Shown: one piece after another, positions 36,801-49,940 of the stretch
Layout: every line of letters starts with the position of its first letter
Position numbering within the stretch: position 1 is the first letter of the stretch
Translations under genes and position numbers: made by a program
From: Camelus ferus
Lineage: Eukaryota
Assembly: GCF_009834535.1 (NCBI RefSeq)
Contig: NC_045697.1
Location: forward strand, 7,380,001-7,444,000
Reading direction: 5' to 3'
DNA: 64,000 nt
Notes under the pieces: generated by a model
Database searches by the model: none
Told to the model about the DNA's origin: nothing
The model's input: only the letters and a program-made list of their open reading frames with translations

Positions 36801-39450
36801 ATTTTTGTTGATAATGTCCATGTGAAAATTCGGCATCTGCATATTTTCCTAGTTAAAGAAATAATCATAGAGCACTAATTTACTCTAAAGACATAGACAT
36901 CATTTGGCTTCGCAAAAAAGGAAAACTGAGCTAAGGTCCACTTCCTATTTATGGGTTGTAAAATACAGCAGTCAGTTGCGATGTTCACTGAAGTTTAAAA
37001 AAAGAATGTAAAGTATAAGGCCACTGGCACAGGGACTCTTTACCCTCAGTGGCAATTTGAATTTAATTCCAAATGATACCTGTGTAAATTTTTTGTCAGC
37101 ATTCAGAGAAACGCTCAGCCTTGTTTTTCTCCTCCACAACACTTCTACTTCTTATTTGTATTCTATGATTGTCTAAACCAAACTATTTTGCAATTATGTG
37201 TTTACAAATGTTTCTTGTCTACTAGAAAGATACTGAGGACAGCAAACATATCACATGTGTTTCTATAACCCTAGAATCTTGTCCAATGGCTCTCAAGCGT
37301 TATCTGAATAATGTGTATATATATTGATTTAATGGGATCACGTTCTCTTTCTTAACGTTCAGGATAACCTCATTTCCCTTAATGTCAATTCCGTTCTGTA
37401 CTTTTTCTCTGCAAATTTCAAAGCACTTTAACTCAGTGATCACAAAGATAGCATTGGATCATATAGGGTGCATTGTTTGTTAGCTGTTTTATTAATTACT
37501 CAATTGATTAGTTAATTAATGAATATAGTAATTTATCTAATAATCAGACATTTCACAGTTTTTATTTTTTATGGACAGGCAACACATCTGGAAAAGAATT
37601 TTCAATTTCCAAAAATATCTAGTCCAGTGCTAGGTAGGCACACTAGTTGTGTAAATGTGGGCAAGTTACTTAACATCCCTTTGCCTTAGTTTCCACTATT
37701 ATTAAATGAATATACAACAGAATACTGTATTTGTGGTAAAGATTAAACGAGTTATATGGGTAAGGTGCGGCCACAGAATATGTACTATAGAACTGTTGAC
37801 TGCTCTCACTTTCTTGTGGGCAGGCAGAGAATACGTCTATAGTGAAGCATAAAAAATAAGAAAAATAGAAGTCAGTAGGTAGTCATAAGTACTTAAGAGG
37901 AAAAATGGAGTCATAGGCTACATGAAACTTTGAGACATGGGGTATTAAATTTTAGATAGGTTATGCGGGGAAGAATTATTTGCAAAGTAATATTTGAATA
38001 GACCCAGAGGACTTTGGGAAGGAGGTAGATGCATTTTGGGGGAAAGCCCATTTCAAGCAGTTGGAACACCAAGCATGGAGACCTTGAAGCAGGATCTTAA
38101 TGATGATCTGTCTCCTGTAGCAACAATAAATGTTAGTATCTATTTTTCTACAGCCATGTTTTGAATTTAACCCAGTTGTCTCCAAACCTCCGTTGACTGT
38201 GCTGATCAAAATCAGAACATGTATCCCCAAATATTCTTATTATGTATTGGCTTGCTTGTTCATCAATTATATGCACGTTCTATTATACCAATGTAGTATG
38301 TATGATATAAAATAAAATGTGCAAGGGAAAACAGAAATAATAAGGGTGATAAAATAAATATATAAATGAGAATTCTAGTATTTTATTCTAAACTCAGAAA
38401 TGTCTTCTTAGCTACTCCAAATGCCAAACTGTAGCCTCTGGATGTCATTACAATATTTCATCACCTTTGTCTTTTTCTATCTTTTCATTTTTTAAAACTG
38501 TCTTTACTTATGTTTCTTTTTAAAAGTTTTTCAAGATTAATCATCAGAGGCATCAGAAGTGGGGTAAATGAAATTTTACCAGAGACTCCCCGGGGTAAAA
38601 TTTGATTCTCAATTCTTTACTCTTCATTCTCTGAAAGATCAAATACAACACTATATAAAAAGTGAGTCTTACCTTCAAATCAAAACTTGTGAATTAGACT
38701 ATTTAATACATCAAAGATTTCTCCTGCTTTATTGAAACTTCATGTGCATGAGGAACTAGGTAAATGTTACAGAAGGGAATTCTTATGTTTTTTCTCTTTA
38801 CAGTCAGTGTAATAAAATTAGATACAAAGTTGATATTTCTCTAGTGAGATTATTTAATGATGAGTATTTTGACCTCTTCTGCTTCAGGTAGAAGAACAAA
38901 ATCTGAAGGAGTCAAATTTTGCCCAAGTTCACTTTTGGAATCTGTAATAAAATTTCAATGTGTGGGTTAACAGTTTGTTTTGGTCCCCAAAATACTTTCA
39001 TAGAAGACACTGCAGAAAGCTGGTAGACTTAAAAAAATTAACTATAAAATAATGGCCATCCTCAAAATAAGTGGTTTCTCTTTTTAAAATCTTGCAAAAT
39101 CTATCAGAGGAAAAAAACCAAGAGACCTCGAGAGGAGAGGAGCGGTCCCAAGCCCCCATGGGAGGATGGATGTCCTGCAGAGAGCATGTCCTCATAGACA
39201 CTCCCATTGATCATCTTACAGCTGAGACACACGGTATGCTCATTCCTCAACATGTTCTGACCTTGTTTTATCCAGTTGGGTGTGATTCACCAAAAAAGTG
39301 AAATGTGACTTATTTCCATGCCCTCAAGATTCACATAAAAAGATCAGAATGATATTTTTTTTCCAAAACTGACAGGAAGAATCTAACAATATCTGATTGC
39401 TAACCTAGTATCAACCAAAACAAATCTGAGGGTAAAATTTTATTACATAC

Positions 39451-39540
39451 TTTTTTTTTCAACAGAGGTATTGGAGATTGAACCCAGGACCTCATGCATG
39501 CCAAGCATGTGTTCTACCACTGAGCTATACTCACCCCCTT
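39451..39540 (-). mobile_element. tRNA-derived SINE (Vic-1-like)
   Basis: Reverse complement reads gggggtgagtatagctcagtggtagaacacatgcttggcatgcatgaggtcctgggttcaatc... plus poly-A. Confidence 0.9.
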
Positions 39541-39554
39541 TTAATGATTGATAG

Positions 39555-39557
<3 letters not shown>

Positions 39558-39604
<47 letters not shown>
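39558..39604. repeat. (TG)n microsatellite, about 23 units
   Basis: Uninterrupted dinucleotide run. Confidence 0.95.
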
Positions 39605-39605
<1 letters not shown>

Positions 39606-39866
39606 TGTGTCTGTGTTATGGTGCATGCCAAGCACATGCTCTAATACTGAGCTATACCTTCTACCATACACAGTCAGAGATGAGAAGGCTAGGGCCAAAA
39701 ACGTTATGCACATGGTACTCATATTCACTTAATAATTTTGTGGTTTCATACCCATTGGCCCCAAAGACACAAACAGATATACCCATGCTACTTTTCTTTA
39801 TCTACATTTGCTGCTTTTTAATATTTTTATTAAAACTCCAATTTATTCCTGACAATATTTTAAAAA

Positions 39867-40875
39867 AGTTTTTGTTGAGATATAGTTTATTTACAATATT
39901 ATATTAGTTCCAGGTGTATAACATAGTGATTCAAAATTTTTATAGATTATATTCCATTTATAGCTATTATAAAGTATTGGCTATGTTCCCAGTGCTACAC
40001 AATGTATCTCTTTGTAGCTTATTTATTTTAAAATAGTAGTTTGTAGCTGTTGATACCCTACCCCTATATGACCCCTCCCACTTCCTTCTTCCCACTCAAA
40101 ACACTCATTTGTTCTCTATATCTGTGAGCCTATTTATTTTTTGTGATATTCACTAGTCTTTTTTTTTTAAGATTTCACATGTTAGTAATAACAGAGTATC
40201 TATTTTTCTTTGACTTATTTCATAAAGTGATACCCCCCAAGTCCATCCATGTTGTTGCAAATGGCAAAAATCATATTCTTTTTTATGGCTGAGTAGTATT
40301 TCATTGCATATCTCTATCTATCTATCTGTCTATCTATCTACCTACCTACCTATCTTCTTTATCTGTTTACTGTTGACTTACATGTAGGTTGCTTCCATAT
40401 CTTGACTACTGTAAATAATGCTGCTATGAACATTAGAGTGCATGTATTTTTTCAAATTAGTGTTTTCTTTTTCTTTAAATATATGCACAGGTGTTGATTG
40501 GTGGATCATATGGTAGCTCTATTTTTAGTTTTTGAGAAACCTGCATAATGGCTGCACCAACTTAACATTCTCACCAATAGTGTACAAGTGTTCCCTTTTC
40601 TCCACATCCTCCCCAATATTTGTTATTTGTGATCTTTTGATGATAGCCATTCTGACAGGTCTGAGGAGATATCTCATTGTGGTTTTGATTTGCATTTCAC
40701 TGATGATTAACAATGTTGAGCATCTTTTCATGTTCCTGTTGGCCATCTGTATTTCTTCTTTGGAAAAACATCTATTCAGTTCTTCTGCACATGTTTAATA
40801 AGATTTCTTTTGGTATTGAGTTGTATGAGTTGCTTATATATTTAAATGTTAACCACTTTTCACTCATATCCTTTA
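39867..40875 (-). mobile_element. L1 3' end (about 1 kb) with internal (TCTA/CCTA)n
   Basis: ORF 40525-40746 is the L1 ORF2 C-terminus ([26 protein letters not shown]); followed by 3' UTR. Confidence 0.92.
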
Positions 40876-41702
40876 CAAATATTACCAGCTGAAAATAAAT
40901 ATTCCCCTTTGTTTTATTCAGATGAATTGCTTAAACTTAATCTGATCACTACCAAATATTTAAGTATGACTTTCTACAGAAACAGCTCAGAAACAGAAGA
41001 TGAACATATCATTTTACTTAAAAAATCATATTTGGGGCCCCATTTTACTTTCACCAGTAGTTAGTAACAGAACTCATCAGAGTAATCCAGTTGACATACT
41101 GAGATATAATTATCCTTCCCAATTGTTCATTTAAAATTGTAATTGCAATTAAAATTACTGTATAATTTTAAAAAATCATAGCATATAATTGTCATCTTTC
41201 AATATGTATATATTATAAAGTAGAAGTATTTTTTCTTAACTTACATGAATTTGTTTCTCTAAAACCCCTTATTATCCAGATAACAAATATTTGTTTATGG
41301 TTTATCCTTTTGACAACATATGGTCTGCATTCAGTTTGATGCCACATTCTTAAAAAGCCACCATAAATGTCTACAAACAAAATCAACATGTTTTGTTGCA
41401 TTGAGATGCTATTCTATACATACAATTTATCCATCATACATTAGTTTGCTTAGGCCAGACAGATAAATTATTCACCCATAAGGTTTCTTTATCTATCCTG
41501 TGTTTTGTGGAGTTTATAAACTTAGAATGTAGACATTCAAGAAATGGGTTCTGGAATCGCTTGTCAGCAATTTCATGCATTGACAAAGTAAGTCTCCAAG
41601 GGAGTGGTGAGGATAGAAGTTTCAAGGTATGGTATGGTAAGTGAATAAATTATTGAAGGGCTTTGCAGTCAATAGTATGCATGGTCAGGTCAGTAAAGTA
41701 AC

Positions 41703-42707
41703 TGTATTATTTTGCTAAAATTGCTGTAACAATGTTCCACACACTGAGTGCCTTAACCACAGAAATGTATTATCTCCTAGTTCTGGAGGTTAAATTCCAA
41801 AATTAAGGTGTTGACAGGGTTGGATCCTTCTGAGGACTGTGAAGTAATAAATTCCACACCTCTGCCCTAGCTTCTGGTACTTTGCTGGCAATCTTTGGTA
41901 TTCTTTGATATGCAGAAGCATCACTTCAATATCTGCCTTCATTATTACATGACATTCTCCCCAGGTGCATGTCTGTGTCCAGACTTCTCCTTCTTATAAG
42001 GACACAAGTCATATTGGATCATGAGCACATCCTGTTGCAGAAAAAATGTGTTACAGCTCAGTGTTACAGCTCAGTTGTGACAGCAACCTGGATCTGGGCA
42101 AGAGACCACTCGGAAAGTTGGAGAACTCAGGTTTATTATGCCAGCGAGCCCAGAGAAGTTAACACTCCAAGCTCTGGGCCCCTTCTGTAGGTTTACATAG
42201 GCTTTTATAGGCTGCCAGTTTACACTTTGCAACATCATATGCAAATGAGGTATAACAAAAGTTGACTAATTAGGAACAAGCTTTGTAGAAATGGACCAAT
42301 CAGGAGGGAGAGAAATAACCAATCAGGAGTAAACTCCATGCAAATAAAGTACTACAAATGGACCAATCAGAAGTTAGGAAAATGAACCAATCAGGAGTGA
42401 AGGAAATAATCAATCAGGAGTGTGCTCAGGGAACCAATAGAATTTTAGGGGTAAGTAAGCCGTTTCATAGGCAAAAATGAGATAAAACCTCTGGGTCAGG
42501 GAACTGGATAGTGCTGGCAGGAGAGTAGTGGCCCTGCATGGGAGTCTTGCTGGTCTTTTTATGGGGCTTCCTGCCTCAATCCTACTGTAGTATGACTCCA
42601 TCTTAACTATGACTTCAATGACCCTATATCCTAAAAAGTCACATTCTGAGATATTGGGGCTTAGGACTTAAACATGAATTTCAGAGAACGTGATTCAACC
42701 TATAAGA
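41703..42707 (-). mobile_element. MaLR LTR (MLT1B/C-like) split by an ERV solo LTR
   Basis: tgtattattttgct...agttctggagg...tcttataaggacacaagtcatattgga then, after the insert, gtatgactccatcttaact...gtcacattctgag...attcaacctataa. Confidence 0.85.
42033..42578 (-). mobile_element. ERV1-class solo LTR (546 bp) with CCAAT/octamer array
   Basis: TG...CA termini; 4-bp TSD atcc (42029-42032 / 42579-42582); minus-strand TATAAAA near 42205 and AATAAA near 42133. Confidence 0.9.
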
Positions 42708-43570
42708 GCAGATTTACTCTACAGGTGGCACTGGGCTGGGAACTCTGAGGCACAGAATATAACAAAAAGATTATCTTGGTTCTCATAGAAGATATTTTTA
42801 GTCCAAGAAGAACATAAAGTGATTACTTGGGGGAGATGTTGGTTCAGAAAAAAAGAAGTGGCTTTAAAATTGATAGTCACCTGATATAGAATCATTATTA
42901 TCCCTAAATTCCTATGACTTTGAACAATTGACTTTGCAGATTTCAGCCTCCTTATCTGCAAGGTGATATTTTCCCATTAGATGTATAGCCGCTAAACAGT
43001 GCTAAGCATTAGAGCTTTGGGCTTGAATTGTCTGGTGACCCGCACTTGGAGAAACACGGTGCTAGATGTTTCCTGAGGTCTCATTCAATTCTAAGAGGTC
43101 ATGACTTCTATCTGGAAGAGCTTGAGAAAACTATAAAAAGTCAAAAGCTTTTTAGAAAAATTAATTACCCCGTCTTGATTCCTAACTTTTTTCTCACTTG
43201 TCCATTTGGCACCTGTGTTGGTCAGGGTCCTAGGAGAGAAGAACAAGGCAATGGACTATGGGAGAAATGTTAATGAAGAGGAGTTTTATAAATGTGTGGA
43301 CAAAGTAGCGGATCAATGAGAATGATGAATTACCCCGGGGCTTTGCAATAGGAGGAGCCAGCTATGGCCTCAGGAGCAAGGGGAAGGGTGTTAGAAACAA
43401 GTACGAGTGCTCCACGTTCGAAATGGCCACCCAACAGGAGGCTTTGAAAGAGGGATGCAGCTACTGCCAAAGTGCAGAAATCATCCAGCCCTCAATTGAA
43501 TGGTTAGAATTCTGTGTAATTACATTTAGATCTAGTGTTTTATTTGTAGCTAAGGATTTAACTATTGACT

Positions 43571-43645
43571 CCGTCAACTGGGGCAAAAAAATGCACATCC
43601 CAAAAGTAGAGAATTATGCTTTATTTGGAAGACATACTGAAGACT
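43571..43645 (-). mobile_element. 3' fragment of an LTR related to 57034-57517
   Basis: gtcaactg...aaaatgcaca...aaaagtagagaattatgctttattt is similar to the reverse complement of the 57465-57517 terminus. Confidence 0.6.
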
Positions 43646-44039
43646 TGCCTCAGAGCAGCATCAGCCTTTTCCTCTCAACCTAACTTCATGTGGAAGGAAA
43701 TATAGGAATGAGTAAGGAGAGTTCCTTTTCCCCAAATGCCCAGAAATTATTTGAGCTGGAGAATGAGAGCAAGACTTCCCGTAACTATGAACACACTGGA
43801 ACTCATCTTAGTCTGATGAAGCAGAACTCTCTGGTTTCATGACAAGAATAAAATACCTACTATATATGGATTCCTTAGCATAAGTTATCCCACTTAATTC
43901 TTAGAACAACTCTTTAATATCAAATAGATAACTGTCTCCCACCATCTCAGATATTTGTGCCTTCATCTGTCCCCTTGGCCACATAAATACTTGTTTCATC
44001 CCAGTTACTACTTAAACATCAAGCTCTACGAGCTCAAAT

Positions 44040-44475
44040 GCAGTTGCCATGGACCCAACCCCACAGCTCTCACCCATTGCTGGTGCAACATGCCTCTTCC
44101 ATGTTGTCACTGAAGAGGTTCAGCTCTGTGCCCCCACATGTACAACTCAGGAGTTAACACCCTGTGGCATTTTATTTGACTAGTGGGAAACTGGAGTCTA
44201 AGGATGATTTTGTCTCTATAAATGTCTTCTAGCTCTCTTCAGGTGAACTGCTCTATGAAACGACAGTTCATATGACCCCTGGGAAAATGGCCCTAGATAC
44301 AAGCAATTGATTGAACTTGGCAATGAGTAGTGACCAGCTTGATAACACTCCTTGCTACCCTACCTCACTCGCTCTTTGCTCAGTATCTCTTTCCTTGATG
44401 TTGCATGCCCTTATGAAATAATTGCTGTAAACTTTCACCTCAATTTTCGATTTCTGGGTATCCTAACCAAAGATA
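44040..44475 (+). mobile_element. ERVL LTR relic (LTR16-like)
   Basis: caactcaggagttaacaccc...tgactagtgggaaactggag...tttctgggtatcctaaccaaagata terminus. Confidence 0.55.
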
Positions 44476-45600
44476 AATGAGAAGGTTGATGCTCAAAAAA
44501 TGAAGTAACATTCTGGGAATTAGTGGGAAAAAAAGTAGTAAAACTGACATTTTACTTTCCCTTGAAAAAAAAAAAATTCAAGAATTATTTCCTTCTAAAA
44601 TTACAAGCCTTCCCACTGCATCACAGTCTTTGTGGCTTTAGAAAAAATGCAAATTTTCTGAACTTTTTCAATTTAATTTTGAGATTTTAAACTTTTATTT
44701 GAGCTTTCTTCAAAAACATTTCCTAATAAGAACATGGAACATAATGAGATTTTGAAGTTCTTTGCATCTGCTTCACGCAGTTGGGTCAGAACAGAGGCTC
44801 CTTAAATCTTTGGGAGAGAGAGAACAATTAGATTGTCATCATAACCTCTTGTTGTCAAAGGAAAGTTTGATTCTATTGTTAAGTGTGCTGTTTTTGGTGT
44901 TAACAGCTAAACATTAAAGAGTTCTGTCCTCACTGCTAGAGGCTTATTAGTATTAAATTCTTTCTAGCCTACCTAATCATAAGCAGTTTAAACAAAGGGG
45001 GAGGAGGGGACACCAGTGTTTCCAAATCTGAACGAAGTCTGCTGTTTAAAGCAAGAAGACATGGTGATGACATTTCTCAAAGGGAAGTTCCACCCAGCAG
45101 TGAGATGATGCCACAGATAATGCACATCAGCAACCACCTGGACCTCCATGAGTTATCTTGAAGAGAAAAATAAAAGTTAGGGGAAAAAAAAAAACCTCAA
45201 ATTATTGAAAAGAAGCAACAGACAAAATGATATGAAGTACATCTCTTGGGTTTTCGACTCCTGAACTAAGCCCTTCTCTGTTCAGTATGAGGTCAGGCCA
45301 AGGAGCTACAATGAGTTGATTCCAAAGTCCTCATGTTCTCATTGTGCAAAGTCATCACTCTAACATCAAGGGGAACAGAGAACACTAATCAACAGAGAGC
45401 ACTAACTGCATTAAGTTTAATATGTGTGTGTGTCTGCGTGAGTTCGCATAGATGTGTGTATGTGAGTATATGCATGTCTGTGAGTGTATATGTATATATG
45501 TGCGATCATACACAATTAATTACAACATGTCAGTATAAAGTTTTGGAACACAATAGTTTCTCAATTGCTCGTCAAGTGATTGGCCTATGAGCAATTAGCC

Positions 45601-46500
45601 TTTTTTTTAATTGAAGTACAGTCAATGTCTGTTGTACAGCACAATGTCCCAGTCATACATATACATGCGTATATTCATTCTCATATTCTTTTTCATTAAA
45701 TGTTGTTATAAGACATTGAATATAGTTCCCTGTGCTATACAGATTAAATTTGGTTTTTATCTATTTTTATATATAGTAGTTAATATTTGCAAATCTCAAA
45801 ATCCCAAATTTGTCCCTTCCCATCCCCTTTCCCATGGTAACCATAAGATTGCTGACTATGTCTGTGAGTCTGTTTCTGTTTTGTAGATGAGTTCATGAGT
45901 GTCCTCTTTTTTTTTTTTTTAAGATTTTTACATATACGTGATATCATATGGTATTTGTCTTTCTCTTGCTGGCTTACTTCACTTAGAATGATGATCTCTA
46001 GGTCCATCCATGTTGCTGCACATGACTTTTTTATGGCTGAGTAGTATTCCATTGTATAAATATGTCATAACTTATTTATCCAGTACTCTGTTGATGGACA
46101 TTTAGGTTGTTTCCATGTCTTGGCTATTGTATATAGTGCTGCTATGAACATTGGAGTGCATGCATCTTTTGAACTAGGGTTCCCTCCAGGTATATTCCCA
46201 GGAGTGGGGTTACTGAATCATATGGTAAGTCTATTTTTAGTTTTTTTGAGGAATCCCCAAACTGTTTTCCATAATGGCTGTACCAAATTACATTCCCAAC
46301 AACAGTGTAGAAGGGTTCCTTTTTCTCCACACCCTCTCCAGCATTTACCATTTGTGGACTTTTTAATAGTGGTCATTCTGACTGTAGTTTTAATTTGCAT
46401 TTCTCTAATAATTAGCAATATTGAGCATTTTTCACGTGCCTCTTGGCCACTTGTATGTCTTCATTGGGAAATTGCTTGTTTAGGTCTTCTGCCCCTTTTT
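45601..46500 (-). mobile_element. Camelid-type L1 3' end
   Basis: ORF2 C-terminus ([48 protein letters not shown]); close to the 22012 copy. Confidence 0.95.
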
Positions 46501-46689
46501 GGAAAGAGTTGTTTTAGGGCAAGCAACATGCCTGGCTTATTCCTCAATTTTCTCATTTATAAAACAATGACAGCTTGTCCATGTGATGTCTGTATTGTTT
46601 CCAGTCCTGAAATGCATTTCAGAACATGGTTTGCAAAGTAAAGACATATCTACCCAACAGGAGAAACACATTGGAGCACTCCTCAGTAA

Positions 46690-47080
46690 CCAGTATGTAA
46701 TTAATATTCTTTCCAGTGCAATTCAACCAGATTAATCAAACAATAGGATTTTATTAGCTCACATCATTGAAAAAAAAGTGTGGTGGATCTCACCTCAGGC
46801 CCAGGTGGTTGTGTTGTGGCTCTGCCTTCTCATAGCTGTGCCCTTTTCTCTATATTAAGCACTTATCCCCCTGCTGCAGGTTGATATTTTTTTACATGTT
46901 AGAGAATGTGGCCAAATACTGCCCCAGATTCACATCTTTTCATAATCACCAAACTTGAGAGGCTTTCAGAACTGCTGTTGAAAAGTCTCCATGGTAGATT
47001 AGGATTGACCTGACTTGGGACGCATGTCAGTTCCTGAAGCAATTACTCAGGGTGTGTGGGCCACGTTCCATGATAGTCAT
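46690..47080 (-). mobile_element. Old MLT1 (J/K-like) LTR relic
   Basis: ttttattagctcacat...gattgacctgacttgggacgcatgtc...cctgaagcaattact. Confidence 0.5.
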
Positions 47081-49689
47081 GGAAGCCAGACAAATCAGTC
47101 ATTAACACAGATTAACACAGATTTACTCCCATGTACTTCAAGTAAGTGGCCCCTTACGCTTAATCCAAAAAAAAGAAATTGATCTATATTATTTGCAAAT
47201 AAGAGAGCTGATGCTTCTGGAGTGACATAGACTGCTGCTGGCCCGAGATGTGCCCTCCGGACCCACCAGCCCCCGGGTGCGTGGCCATGGACGGCTGGGC
47301 TGGTGCTTTGGGAGCACCTCAGACTTTCGGTGGCTGAACAGAAGGGACTCCTCCTCAGCTGAGTAGGGCCTCGCCCCTCCATGTGATTTTCAATGAGTGT
47401 AAATAATTTTAAATAACTTCTGGCCCTTGGAATGAAGTTCTATTTTCTGTAAAAAAAAAAAAAAAAAAAAAGAGACATCTTGTCTTGAAGACTTATCTTC
47501 TACCAATTATACCTAGCTGTGTCCTTCTCCATCCACATCTCCAGACTTCCTTCACGAAAACTATTAAAACAATGCATTAAAAACAGACTATAATAACTAG
47601 CACATCTCTCTGGTTACATTATTTTCCCCAGTGCTGGAACAGGAAATTCTCTTCTAAGCTCCCACAGCACCCTAGAATTTCCTCTATTATTACACTTGCT
47701 ACCACATGGAGTACATTTTATTTCCTGACTCTGTTAGACTCTTGAATAAATCAGGTATATTTTGGATGAAATGACAGAAATTGAACCTGTTTAAAAAAGG
47801 AAAACATATTGGACCCCAAGGATCTTAAGAACTCCAGAAATGTAGAGCTCTCTCCATGGATCTTTTGCATGTCTTTGCATGTCTTTGCATGTCTGTTTCA
47901 TGTTCTTTTTTTTTTTCCCCAGACAAGTTGGAATGTAGGACGACTGCTGACCCTCAAGCCAACCTCCATGTAGCTGTCACTACTGAAAAGGGCTTCACTC
48001 TCTGTCTTTGAAAATTGCTAAGAGATCTTTGGGTCAGATGATAAGACACCCACCTCTGTGCCAACAAGTATGGCCAGTGAGGTTGGGATCCTACAGAAAA
48101 GACATGTCTGTTGGGGTTTCTTTGCCTTGCATTTAAAACATTAGCTGACATATAATATACACTCGGTACAAGAATTATTCAAAGGTGATATTATCACATT
48201 GATACTACGTAGAGATTAAACAGTGAAAAAAGCTTCCCATTTCAGACCAATTGAATAGTTCCCAGTTGGTGTAAACATTGGCTTCTCTTTCCTTTGGAGG
48301 ATCCTTAGGAAAAATTGACTTTTACAGACTTCAGCTCCTTGAACTTTTCATCTGTATAAAAAAGATATTTATATTATGAATATGTGGGCTAAATGTCCAA
48401 TCTGTGATTAATAGCCCGGAGCTTTCTGCTGGGTTAATACTGTAATTATTAAGCCTTTTTTTTTCCCTGATATTTTTCTCCATAGCCTAAAAAGAGTTTA
48501 AGAAATTAAAGGCCAGCTTGGATATGGAAACACAACCATGACTACAGGGCAAAATTAATTCTTGTCATAATATACATGGGTAGTTATTAATAACAAGGAC
48601 TTGCAATGCTTTGGTCTAAATTATCATGGCTATAAAATTAAAATTTACAGATTACTTTCCATTAACATTAAGATACCACGAATAAAAGACAAAGTTTATA
48701 ATAATTAGAACAGGTTTCACATTTTTGCCCTGCTCTCAACTTGTTACATTTTCCAAAGGAATAATGGGAAAGCAACATATATTTTCTTCTGTTTTAATGT
48801 GTATATAAACACAGGGCCAGTTTTCCTGTATTAAAAGACATTATTTTTCCAGCCTTAAGCAGCAGTGGTTCCAAAATTTCCTTATAGGAGGAGCTAAGAG
48901 CAGGTGTGTGGCAAGACCAAGCTTTGAGGAATTTGTCTTGAAGCGCCGTTTGTGTATCAAGCACATCGTTGAACTGTAGAGTCCGAGTTACAGATAAAAA
49001 AAGTCAAAGCATTCAAATTATTCCTCTGTGAACTCTACTCATAGTTAATAAATTATTAGCTCTTCCTATCAGAGTATAAGTACATTAAGGGAAGTTTCTG
49101 GAAGGGCTAAAGGACATTTGAGGGGCAAGGCTCAAGCCCCAATGCCTTCCTCAGGACCATATACCACTTCAGCTGCTGCTCCAAATTTCTGGGCTCCATC
49201 CCAATGAAATTTTGGGAAAGAGTTGTTACATTTCCAATTCTCATTTCTTTCTCATTTCAGGACAGTGACGCCTTTTCCAGATAAAGTGTCCTGTTACCTT
49301 ATCAATTTCATTAAACTTGTAGCCTTTGAACTAGACCTTGAAGAACAGGTAAAACTTCTCTTGGAAAAGAAGTGAGAGCAGACCAACCAGAGAGTACTAT
49401 TCCTGAATATATAAACATGGAATCTGGATGCCTCTGACAAGGGTCAGGGACAAGGTAGATTTGGGTGTGGTATGAATTAATTCGCTAACTCAATATATGT
49501 GTAGATAGGTACCATGATTAGATACTGGAAGTACAGCAAGGGATTAGACACGGTCCTGCTCTCATGATGTTCAGAGACAGTAATGGTCCCTGCAGTATAG
49601 ATGCAGCAGACATCAAGGGGCAGATTAATTCATTATTGTAAAGGGTCTTCAACAACACACAAAGGAGTTGGTGTGTTATCTTGTCACTA

Positions 49690-49940
49690 CTAATAACAAC
49701 ACTTTTTTAACACTAATCACATGACAGGCACTCTTCTAAGAACTTTACATTTATTTGCTGTTTATTAATAATTGGAACAACCTTATGATATAGAGAGAAA
49801 TTTATTTTCTTTGTTTTACTGATGAGGAAACTGAAGCATGGAATGGTTATTTAACTTGGCTAAGAATTCAGAGCTAATCAGAGGCAGAGTCAGGATTTGA
49901 GCCCAGGTATTCTGACTTCATAGTCTACAGTCTTACCATC
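49690..49940 (-). mobile_element. MIR SINE
   Basis: gacaggcactcttctaag...ttttactgatgaggaaactgaagc...caggatttgagcccagg. Other MIR fragments near 12300, 15350, 21000, 25400, 28200, 37650 and 56400. Confidence 0.8.

Noticed and set aside
36630..36878. Overlapping 70-73 aa ORFs in unique sequence
   Set aside because: No convincing splice pair or recognisable protein; may be conserved non-coding DNA but cannot be shown from the sequence alone.
38571..38603. 10-bp inverted repeat aaattttacc / ggtaaaattt
   Set aside because: AT-rich arms and a 13-nt loop; plausible by chance in 64 kb.
38850..38941. Minus-strand exon-like segment (SKSELGQNLTPSDFVLLPEAEEVK)
   Set aside because: Weak acceptor and donor, no partner exons and no recognised homology.
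42290..42440. CRISPR-like regularly spaced repeats (accaatcaggag)
   Set aside because: Repeats are about 12 bp with related spacers, inside a TSD-flanked LTR in mammalian DNA, with no cas genes; these are U3 enhancer repeats.
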